Assembly: GCF_006345805.1 (NCBI RefSeq)
Contig: NC_042999.1
Coordinates: 76,446,001-76,510,000, forward strand
Origin: Octopus sinensis
Lineage: Eukaryota
Direction of reading: 5' to 3'
Length of the DNA stretch: 64,000 nucleotides
How positions within the stretch are numbered: position 1 is the stretch's first letter; each line of letters begins with the position of its first letter. Position numbers and translations under genes: made by a program. Of the stretch, positions 52,673 through 64,000 are shown piece by piece. Under the pieces are notes generated by a model. The model made no database searches. It was not told the origin of the DNA and saw nothing but the letters and a program-made list of their open reading frames with translations.

Positions 52673-52675
<3 letters not shown>
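52298..52675. mobile_element. Tc1/mariner-type MITE
   Basis: 26-bp TIRs CACTTGCGTCAGAAATTAATTAGCAC and GTGCTAATTAATTTCTGACGGTAGTG (3 mismatches), TA on both flanks, 378 bp. Confidence 0.85.
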
Positions 52676-52706
<31 letters not shown>

Positions 52707-52734
52707 TTGTTCACACATATGTATAGAGAGTAGA

Positions 52735-53098
52735 GGCGCAATTGCCCAGTGGTTAGGGCAGCAGACTCGCGATCGTAGGATCACGGTTTCGATCCGCAGA
52801 CCGGGCGTTGTGAGTGTTTATTGAGCGAAAACACCTAAAGCTCCACAAGGCTCCGGTAGGGGGTGGGTGAACCCTGCTGTACTCTTTCGCCACAAGTTTC
52901 ACTCTTTCTTCCTGTTTCTGCTGTACATGTACTTCAAAGGACCAGCGTTGTCACACTCTGTGTTACGCTGAATCTCCCCGAGACCTACGTTAAGGGTATA
53001 CTTGTCTGTGGAGTGCTCAGATACGTGCACGTTAATTTCACGAGCAGGCTGTTCCGTTGATTGGATCAACGCTCGTCGTAGTAACCGACGGAGTGTCA
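52735..53098 (+). mobile_element. SINE family B, full length
   Basis: Colinear with the reverse complement of 5057-5436. Confidence 0.9.
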
Positions 53099-53240
53099 CG
53101 ATGTATAGACAATTATCTATGCATGCTTCAGTATTTTCTAGTCTGTCCTTAAATAGAAAATGAAAGCAAAATAAACATAAATATACTACGAAGTTCGTCC
53201 AAAAAATCTATGTATCTATACGCACGCAAACACACAAACA

Positions 53241-53251
53241 CACACACCCAT

Positions 53252-53310
<59 letters not shown>

Positions 53311-53345
53311 GGCAGGCAGACAGGCAGGCAGGCAGGCAGGCAGGC

Positions 53346-53443
<98 letters not shown>
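53241..53443. repeat. (ACAG)n/(GCAG)n/(ATAG)n compound microsatellite
   Basis: Directly visible. Confidence 0.97.
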
Positions 53444-53444
<1 letters not shown>

Positions 53445-53934
53445 AAAACAGATAGGTATGTCTCTATGTCGATCTCTATGAATGTATGCATGTATATATA
53501 AGCATGATATGAGTGTGTTACTATTGATCTTTTCGCCTGTAGTATTTTATTTTTAAATATTTATTTACATCTTATTTTGCATTTAACATTATTGCCATTA
53601 TCACCTTGTGTTTACAATTTCTAAAACTACTTTAAACAATAACATTTTTCTTTCTTAATATTACAAATATTTGTATCGTCATTAGCATCGCCTCCATCAT
53701 ATTGCTCTTTCAACCAAACCAATTTCGTATCTTCTAGTTTTCTCAGGGGATACGATAGTGTCTATATTGTGAGAAGAGAATAAGTAACACGACCTCTTAC
53801 AATGTTTCTATCCAAACACTGTATCATTGTGTATATTATTATTCCAAATTAATTCCACAACTTATCACCTGGTCGAAAACTATTTACCTTCATACACACA
53901 AAAGCACAGAAGTACACACACACACACACATATG

Positions 53935-53989
<55 letters not shown>

Positions 53990-54747
53990 GTATATGTATA
54001 TATATCGGCATATATATACCCATATATATATATATCCATATATATCTCTATATTTATATCCATATATATGTATATATATGTATGTATATATATATATATA
54101 TATGTGTGTGTACAATAATAATAATAATAATAATAATATTAATAATTAATGATAATCATAATCAAACTTAATACAATTCAAAAGTTAAATAATATATATA
54201 TATTTTGCTTTAAATATTTTCATTAATTGTACCTTATGTTTTAAACAAGAATATATTTGTTAAGATATTTCGTATTTTACAAGATTATTTACGTATATCT
54301 ATTAATTTATCTAATTAATTATTTTATTGTTGCTATCTTTAACCTGAAGAGTGACTATATTTATATTGAAGTGATTTTATTACTACTACTATTATTATTA
54401 CTATTATCATTTCTAAGATATAGCCAAGAAACACGTGTCGTTATTCTACCAAATATATACGTTTTATTTATTATTTTGCACATTACTTAATCATTATTAT
54501 ATGTTTTATCTTATATTTAATCTTTCTATAATATGTAATTTTTCTAAATTTAATTTTTCATTACTGAATTGATAAAAGATGTTTTTTTTCTAATTTATAT
54601 ATATATATATATATATAATATTTTGTGAAATTTCATTTAGTATTTATAAATTGAATTTTCCCCTGTAAATTTGGAATATTCCCTCATATTAGTATTATTA
54701 TATATAATTATATATATATAAATATAAATAAATCTATAAATCTATAA

Positions 54748-54810
<63 letters not shown>

Positions 54811-55956
54811 ATATCAATAAATATATATATAAATATATAAATGTACATATATATGTGTGCGTGTGTGTATATGTTTTTGAAACATATTCTCTAATTACTA
54901 AAAAAAAAACACAACCACAACTCATCATTATAAACAAAATTTAGCACCAGTGAGAATTTTGGGGTCGCTCAACCATTTTATTTAGAGTTTTCTCAGAGAT
55001 TCTTCTTGTGTTTCCAGCACCTTTCTCTTTCATTGTGAACAACTGACCAAATAACATTTTTTCATCGTTTTTATTTACGCATATATTCACATATTTCTTT
55101 TTTGTATTTACTTACTTATTCGTTGATTTATTTACTTCATATATTCATTTACCTCCTATTTATTTCTGTATTTATTCACTCACGAATTTATTTTATTTGA
55201 TTCATGTACATCCATATTCATTTATTATGTTTTTCTTTATATATTCATTTCAGTTACTTTCGTTTTGGTTAGATTTATTTCCACCCATCTCATTCTTTTA
55301 TATAGCTCATTAACTATTCATTTCGAACCCTACTCCTTTCATTATGATACCTATTTATTTTTATATATTTACCAACTTCCCAACAAGATAATATTATAGC
55401 TGTTCAAATGTATGCATCCTTTTCTGGCCAGTTGATCATGTCCACAAATCTCTTTCAACTAACCTTGACTCAACTCGAATACGATTATACATATTTTACA
55501 GACACTCAATGACTATTAAATTCTATGATGAATCCTTCAAGAATATGACAGTATTTGTTTTGTAAGAGCTTCCTAACAATAAAAAGATGAATATACTCGC
55601 TACTTGATGTACTGAGTATCTTAATATAGCTACGATTCCTTTCGTTTCTAACGGAATCACTAACTGAAAGTGTGTGTGTGTGTGCGCGCTGAAATATATG
55701 TGTACATATATACATATTTTATGCTGAAGAGATCAATAAAGAGAGCCAAACCCGAGTCTATAATTAATCCCTGGCCCCGCAAAATATTCTTTTGCCCTTT
55801 CAGTGGCATTTACCCCATCTCGTGAAGATAATTGAATTTCATGAGATTATCTCCCCTTCTTTATCCGAGACGATAAAATTTGCCGCAACGTTTTTGTTTT
55901 CGGTTGTTAATGTAGAGGGAAATTTCAATAAAGATTCTATTTTTTCACTTAATTAT

Positions 55957-55995
<39 letters not shown>

Positions 55996-58327
55996 CACAC
56001 AACCACATTTGAGTGTATACTTGTATACACATGTAAATATATGTACATATATCCGTATAAATGCGCTTGTACAAATATATAAGTGTATATGTACTAATAG
56101 ATATATCTGGGCGTGTGTGTGTGTGTGTGTGTGTGTGTGTTGATATGCTTTAATGTTTGTATGATATTTTATTACATTTTTGCCTCTGCTTTGTTTCAAT
56201 ATATGAGACAATATTGAATACTCTATATTTATTCGAGCAACAACTGATGTAACTTTATCGGCAAAACCTCTCGTAAATGTCAGTCACCTCCCCATTGACT
56301 GGCGACAATATACGAAAGATGTGTCACTGGTGACTTTTATCACGTATGCTTACAATTTCCATAGAAATAATAGCAATTTTGTCAATACAGGATGACATAA
56401 AAACAAACTATTAAAACCTGTAAGATTCCATGGATTTCATTTCCTTGTTGTTCGTTCTGTATTTGCTTTACTCGTAAAGAAATATTGCTGGACTGAATTA
56501 GATTTTGTGTATTTGTTACTGAAACTTATGAGTGGTGATGGAGATTCATGTAACTCCGTTGGGTTGTTGTATTATCATTCAAGACTGAGAATTAATTTAA
56601 TGTATATGTGCAGAGTGTCATCCTAGCGGAACGTAGCTTAATTTCTGAGCTGGAAACATATTTCATGTAGGATGAATTAGAATCATGAAAAATAATGACT
56701 CGGTGAGGAAAAAAAATCAATATTTGTCAATGATTAATTTTTTTTTTATTTTATGATTTCTGTAAAAGCGGGAGACAATTTCAGATTTTTTCAGCAGTCA
56801 AGTGTGGATGTCCAGTATCGTACATTTATCAAAGGAATTTTCAATGATAACATCACCAAGTAAGCTGAAGCTTATGCATTACTGATGAAATCAGAATAAT
56901 ATAGAATGAAGTCAGGAGTTGTTTACCGAAATAAGTGAAATAATATTAGTCATTGATTTCGTTTTTATCATCACATAATTTTTATTTAGTCTATTGCTTT
57001 CTCTGTCTATGGCAGAGCAAATTTTATATAATGCACACTAATGCAACTTTCATGAATATTGCAATGCTGTCACAGCGTAGAATAGTGAACTTTACTATTT
57101 CACTTTACCCATCCACATGCAATACAGTAATTTCTTTTGTGTCATTAGGAGTGAAATGTTTTGGTTCTGGAAACTATTGTCTTCGTAATAACGTTTAAAC
57201 GGATAATTCTCTACTTAGTAGTTTGATATCCAATGGAGTCACTATCAGCGATTAATGCACCTTGTATTAAATAAAACCCTAAAACTGTCTACTTTATCTG
57301 CCAATACAATTCTTCCTTGTTAGGAATTTGCCAATCCAAAAGTAAACGGATAACTAATGATCAGATATGTTACCATAACACTTAGGGTTGCTGAATATCA
57401 TCACTGAAAAATTAGTCTTCCAAACGGTATGGAAGAATTCAAAGCAAGTGATTTCATACTACTTAATTAAGCTATATAACCATGGCATAAATTAGAGTAT
57501 AAGGAAATCTGAGAAAAAAAAAACCTCTCAAATGAATGTGCTTTGTTGATTCAAACAAGTACTTAAAACGTTATGGCAATTATTTTGTGGCAAATTGTTA
57601 TTGCAGTGGTTGTTATAAATACACCTGTTATCGAAGAGCCATAAAATGAACGCTTTTCCAGATATGACTATCTCTGAATTTGCTGAGACAGTGTATTTAG
57701 GACAACCTAAGCCAGTGTATCTTTCCTTTCTAAAAATGAAACGCTGTGCCTTGACAGAAATTTAACTGCTACGTTGATAGGTTACTTGACTCGATAGAAT
57801 TTAAATGCTCGAGGTACACACAAAACGCAGTATGAATGAACACCTAGAATATCTAGACTCGGTTTTCTCTATTTGTGTATTATATTTAATTAATAGATTT
57901 TTGAATAAGGCCAGCACCAGTTAATATTAACCCAGTTTAGTCGTAGACTGCAGCTTGTAGTAGTAAGACAAAAAATCTTTCACTTTCACCGCATATTCTG
58001 TTTCTTCTTTCTCCTTCTGTCTATAACTATCCCTTGACCCCCATTCTCTCTCTTGTCTGTTTACCGAAGCTTAGCCAAACAAGCCTAAATTCAATGTAGA
58101 CAAGAAAACCTTATCCATGAAATCAAATAGTTTTTGGCTTTGTGTTTAGCACGTAACTTGAAAGATTGTCGCTATTTTCGCTTCAAAATTGTAAATTTTT
58201 TAACTTTTAATGTTTCAGTCGCCAAGCAAAAATATAACAGTAGTTAAAATTAAAAGAAAGATGTATTTGTAATTTGAATGAGAGAAAATAGAGTTATTTT
58301 GGAAAAACACGTTTAACTAAAAGTTTA

Positions 58328-59611
58328 ACTAAATCTAGTAACATTAAATGATAGGCTATTTAGAATAATTTTGAGCAAGGATCTCAATATTCAGTAATAC
58401 AAAGCAATACTTGGTCCCGTATTTTGTTACCGTATTTTATACAAAGATTCATTTTATAAACACGCAAAGTGTCGTCATCCATAAAAATATATAAACTGTT
58501 TTGCAGTTTGCTAGGATTGAATCTGTGCGAACTGCAAATTCAATTCCCTACAAAGCAATTATATACACCAAGAAAATACAAGATTTTAAAGATCCGTTAT
58601 GGAAAAAAGGGAGAACGCGAACAATTGCTGCAATTATTCGCAGTCAAACAAACACTAGCGAAAAGAGCTCGGCATCAGATGAAACAGCAGTTATTTACTA
58701 ATGGGTTAACTGTTAAATATATCTTGACAAAGGAAAAATAAATACTGATTCAATTCTAAATATACTCTTGAAAATTGACTCTGGGCCACTAATACAAAAA
58801 TCGAATAACTCAGTAATAGATTGAAAATTTGGTAAATAAATACTCGACGACGGTTATGAGCTGCCAACAGAAGAGGAATGGTTGAGTGCTAAGTAGAACT
58901 CTTACACTGACCTACCAAGACAAAATATGAATATGTTACGACTAAATACAACCTCGTTAAGTAAATACTTAAGACGGTACGTGACTCGCCAAAACAAAAA
59001 CGAAAGTCTTGGTTGTAAATAATACTTAAAACTTGGCTATGACTTGCCAAATGAGTTGTTTATATTTCTGAAATGTCTTCCTGCCTAATATGGCACTACT
59101 TAAATAATTAGTAAACACTTAAAACTGTCCATAGTCATTAATTGGATTTTAGTAATGGGGTTGACTATTTCGGTTTAAACTACATTTTGCGTATGGAAAT
59201 ACATTTAGTGCCAATAAAAGGTCAGTGAAAATATATTTTTGTAACAAGTTATGTAAGGAAATTGTTGGCTCGCTCGATTCTGAACAGAAGCCAAATTTAT
59301 CTCATGCAGCAATACTTGCTTTTATTATTTTTTCTTTGCATTTTCAGTTAAGTAACTTTTTATCAGCGAGCTGGAGATAATAACATCCACCATATTCTTT
59401 AAGTAGAAATATTAATCTATATATCCAGCAGATGATAAAACGAATAGATAAGTGAATGATGTTCTTTCTATTGGACTAAATCTAATAAAATTAAATGATA
59501 GGCTATTTATAATAATTTTGAGCAAGGCTCTCAATAGTCAGTAATACAAAGCAATACTTGGTCCCGTATTTTGTTACCGTATTTTATACAGAGATTCATT
59601 TTATAAACACG
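58328..59611 (+). repeat. 137-bp direct repeat pair (58328-58464 and 59475-59611)
   Basis: Ungapped alignment with 6 mismatches; offset 1147 bp. Confidence 0.92.
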
Positions 59612-59747
59612 AAAATGTTTATATTTTGGTGGTGCAAATGAGATTTTCGTGTTTTTCCAAACATTAAATGATTCACTTTATTATTTCTCAGTATTATCTC
59701 AGCTGTGGCGAAAACACTCCTCCAAATTTCAATCACACACTAAATTC

Positions 59748-60002
59748 TTGTCAGAATCGTTGGCACGCCGGGCGAAATGCTTAGCAACATTTCGTCCGTC
59801 TTTACGTTCTGAGTTCAAATTCCACCGAGGTCGACTGTACTTTTCATCTTTTCGAAGATCCATAAATTAAGTATCAATCAAGTACTGGGTCCATATGATC
59901 AGTTGCCCCGCTTCCCACAAAATTCCAGGCCTTGTGCCTATAGAAGTAAGGATTATTATTATTATTGTTATTATTATTATTATTGTTATTATTATTATTA
60001 TA
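59748..60002 (+). mobile_element. SINE family C with (TAT)n tail
   Basis: CAGAATCGTTGGCACGCCGGGCGAAATGCTTAGC...GAGTTCAAATTCCACCGAGGTCGAC...GGCCTTGTGCCTATAG. Confidence 0.88.
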
Positions 60003-60007
60003 AGTAT

Positions 60008-60538
60008 ATAAACAAGCGTTACTCTTGGTCGGTGCATTTTTTTAATAAAAATGCGAAGGCGGTTTATCAATTCAAAAATCGATCTAGACGAAATAATGAT
60101 ACTTTCTGGGGTTTTTTTATGCTAAAATCCTTCCTGACGACCGTCTTTGTAATCCACAAAAATATCGTTATCATTGGTAAAATGGGAACAGACAAATAGT
60201 CGGATAGATGGACATAACTCCCATTATAGTAAGATATCAAATCTGACCATCTACGATGGGAAATAAAAGGATAGTATCGCAAATCAAAACCCTCTAAATT
60301 CACGAATTATACGAGTTAAGACTCGTCGCCGGAATTTTAACAAAAAATCAAAGGTGGTTTATTAATATAAAACTCAATATTCACTAAATAATCATACTTT
60401 TCACAATTTTTTCTCGTTAAGAACCTTCTTGATAACCTCCTTCGTAATCCTGAAAAACATCGCGACCATTGATCCAGCTGTTGGACTGTGAAGAGGGAAC
60501 AGACAGACAGACGCACATAACGTCCATTATAGTAAGAT
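60008..60538 (+). mobile_element. Two tandem HINE-like units
   Basis: GGGAACAGACA...ACATAAC..CCATTATAGTAAGAT 3' ends at 60235 and 60538, each preceded by related AACCTTC/ATCCTTC segments. Confidence 0.5.
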
Positions 60539-60591
60539 ATATATATATATATATGTATAGAGAGAGAGAGAAAAAGAGGCTTTATACATAT

Positions 60592-60975
60592 ACTAGCAGT
60601 ATCGCCCGGCGTTGCTCAGGTTTGTAAGGGAAATATCTATAAAGCATTTTTAGAGAGTTATAGCCAAAATATAGCAAAAAAATGGAAAAAAATGATGGTA
60701 AATTTTTTTTGATAGTTAAAAAAGGTGGAGTTGCGTCCCCTACACAGTTTGTGGTTTGTATTTCTGATTCTCGACCCCATGTCGAATTTATCGATTTTTT
60801 TCAGAACTGGGGGAACTTTTCAAAATTTTCGCTGCATTAGTTTTGAATTATGACATTGGGCTATGTTTGTGTCAAGTTTCATCAGAATCGGTTGAAAGCC
60901 GTGGTCAGGGTGAGGGTACAAGCAAACAGACACACAGAAACACGCACAGACAAACTGCCGTTTATATAGAGAGAG
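60592..60975 (+). mobile_element. Helentron/HINE-like element
   Basis: 5' ACTAGCAGTATCGCCCGGCGTTGCTCAGGTTTGTAAGGGAAATA shared with 935-1331; ACAGAC microsatellite remnant and TTTATATAGAGAGAT-like end. Confidence 0.65.
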
Positions 60976-61018
60976 ATATATATAGATACAGAGATAGATA
61001 TTTATATATATCAAGAGA

Positions 61019-61066
<48 letters not shown>

Positions 61067-61686
61067 ATATATATATATATATCTATATATATATAAATGT
61101 GTGATCCAATGATCGAGGTGTAGGAAGAAAGTGAACTTCAAGCATTCCGTAGGTAATATACACAAATCACTTTCAGGTACAACAGTGGCTTATTGGTGCA
61201 GAGGTTTGTGAATTTTTCCCGTGTCGAAGTACGATGAGCTAAAAAAACAAAATTCTTTTTCACGGTTGGCAGCCAGAGTTGCTGGGTTTGCGAATAAAAA
61301 TTCTAAATTTAAGGTATGTAGTAGATAAAATCCGGGCTACAAATGTTTCATACCGAGCGGAACCTCGAATGTAGTAAATATTCAAGCGAAAGTGTATCTT
61401 ACGTATATGAAGTTTATTTTGTCGTGAGGGGACCGAAGTTAACACACGGAGGATTCGATCAGAATGTGTGTGTGTGCGTGTGTGTACACACACACACACA
61501 CACAAACAGATGTGGGCACGTAAGCCTCCAATTATACACTTCTTGATCCGCCATTCCTTAAACAAATGTAAACGAGCCCTCAGACTTGAGGTCATATAAG
61601 TGTTACGCACGAAAATCTCGGCCCTTGAGTGTCGCTTGAAATGTCTGCTAATTAAAATTGTAAATAATATACATATATAACTACCA

Positions 61687-61739
<53 letters not shown>

Positions 61740-61760
61740 GCACACATACATGTATGTAAT

Positions 61761-61823
<63 letters not shown>

Positions 61824-61910
61824 AGAATAAAGTCAAATGATGTGAGAAGTGAATATAGATATACTTTTGAATGTTGTTTGATTCACGAAATCTTGTTTTC
61901 TACTACTTTC

Positions 61911-61950
<40 letters not shown>

Positions 61951-62064
61951 GCGCACACGGACATATATGTACAGATTAATGTATACAAGTAAATATACGT
62001 GATGCACTTATATATATGTAATTACATACATCCCTGCATGCACATATATGTACTTGATACCAAA

Positions 62065-62112
<48 letters not shown>

Positions 62113-62307
62113 CATGGAGTAAAATTGATGGATGAATGCATTGATCAATCTATCTATGGATGAATGGATGGAGGGATTGATAAGTGGATAAGAAAATATG
62201 TCGATAGGCATCTATGTAGGCAGTCATTCAGCAACTACGTCAGTCAAAATGCCAAACCGACAGGTATACTTACAGGTAAGCAAGCAGTCATATAGGTCTT
62301 TATACAT

Positions 62308-62349
<42 letters not shown>

Positions 62350-62661
62350 GAGGTAAGTAGGCAGGCAGAGATGGAATAGATAAGCAGCTATGTAGAAGAG
62401 GGGATGAGATAGAGGGTAGACAGGTAGACAGCGTTGCAGAATTGTGGTAAAAGGCTGGTGGGTAAGTTTAATATGAAGTTAGATGGGTAGGTAGGGATAT
62501 TTCATATCGAAATGCATTCATATGTTACAAGGAACTTGCTCTATAACAATATATGTAGGTATGTCATAAATATTAATAGAGTTATAATATACATACACAC
62601 GTGCGTATTTGAACACAATATTCATATACATATATAGGTGTAATTTTATATAATTTTATGC

Positions 62662-62702
<41 letters not shown>

Positions 62703-62805
62703 TAGACATACACAAATATTTATATATATTCATGTGTGTGTGTGTGTGTATAAATATATATATACAGATACACACAGTTTCAGATAAACAGAGGGAGGTA
62801 TGTCC

Positions 62806-62846
<41 letters not shown>

Positions 62847-63446
62847 TGTAATGTGCGTGCTTATACATTACACAATCTAAACACACACATATTGTGACAA
62901 AGTAAATGAATGCTAAAGATAAGAGAGAGGGTAAGAGGGAGAGCGAGATAAAATGAGTCTAAAAGAGACACTGATAGTGTGCGAGAGAGGAATTTGGAGT
63001 GAGCAGGAGAGAGAGAAACACAGAAAGACAGAGTGAAAGACTTATAAATAGACATAACTGGTCTTTCTCTTGCATTATTTAGTATTTAGTGTATGAAAAA
63101 AAACAAAAGGAATCGGTTTTTTTTTCTTAAATCAATGCGCAAAGCACATGATTTGTTTGTGTTCACCAACTAACCTCGATTTATAGCTCATCTTTTCTTT
63201 CACCATTGTATATGAGTGAGATCAATATACAATCACAGAAACTAGATAGATGACCCAAAATACTGAGTTCAAACGGAATTATAAAAGGAACAATGAAAAT
63301 TGAGAAGGAAACAGTTTAAAAATCGATAATTTTCTGAACTGTGTTTTAGAGAAAGCCTTCAGCAGGAAAACGGGAAACATATATCAACATATGTCTATTT
63401 TTTTTTGGAATGTGTTTGTTTCATTATGTTTATATGTTTTTGTATA

Positions 63447-63484
<38 letters not shown>

Positions 63485-63859
63485 TGGGCGTTATTTTTAC
63501 ATTGTTTGCATTGCTTTAGAAAGAATAGAAATTTGAGGGGAAGGTGTTATTGAAATGTTGATTTCTAGTTTAGAAATCGATAAATTAAATACCAGTAAAA
63601 TATTGGGATCGATTTCAATTGACCAAAAACTTTCCTCAGAGCGAAAAATATTTTAGGTGCCCTAGGCTCGACGAAAAAATCGATGTTTCAAAAAAAAATC
63701 GAAATTATGGAAGTTAAATAAGCATTGTTAAAAAGAGATCAGAAGGCAACAGAATACTTTATTGCGTGTGCGGTATCAGAGGGGTTCATATATATATACA
63801 TACATACACACATATACAGCTGTATATTATTAAGGTAATGAACAGGTAATATCTTAAGA

Positions 63860-63985
63860 GCATCGGGAAAAAATGCTTTGCTGTATTTTTTCTGATTTCC
63901 AGTTCCGCCGAGGTCAACCTTGCAACTCATCCTTTTGAGAACGATAAAAGGATTACCAGTCAAGTATTAAGAATGATGTAATTGA
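63860..63985 (+). mobile_element. Degenerate SINE family C
   Basis: AAAATGCTTTGC...TTCCGCCGAGGTCAACCTTGC...CATCCTTTT. Confidence 0.6.
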
Positions 63986-64000
63986 TTTGTACTATTACCC

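Overview
AT-rich, microsatellite-saturated animal genomic DNA. The tRNA-derived SINE families and repeat style resemble Octopus (coleoid cephalopod); this is my recognition, not a database result. No intact host gene, rRNA, true tRNA or CRISPR array can be supported, and almost all ORFs in the track are translations of (TA)n, (CA)n, (ATGT)n or (GTT)n repeats. The window is mostly a transposon graveyard: four tRNA-headed SINE families, Helentron/HINE-like elements, Tc1/mariner MITEs, and decayed non-LTR relics (two R4/NeSL-like RTs, RTE RT, Tx1/L1-like ORF1, Penelope-like RT and GIY-YIG). The best leads are: (1) a type I hammerhead ribozyme with an intact core inside a 62-bp-arm palindrome (25825-25954); (2) a minimal palindromic-stem-III hammerhead with a CCAAT/TATA promoter behind a Penelope GIY-YIG end (23369-23591), both hammerheads having an unusual U-U at 10.1/11.1; (3) a minus-strand AG|GTGAGT site followed by a 60-nt exon closed in all frames, matching recursive-splice-site architecture (6179-6270); (4) several long dsRNA-forming foldbacks and inverted SINE pairs. 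Boundaries of decayed elements are approximate and were read by eye.
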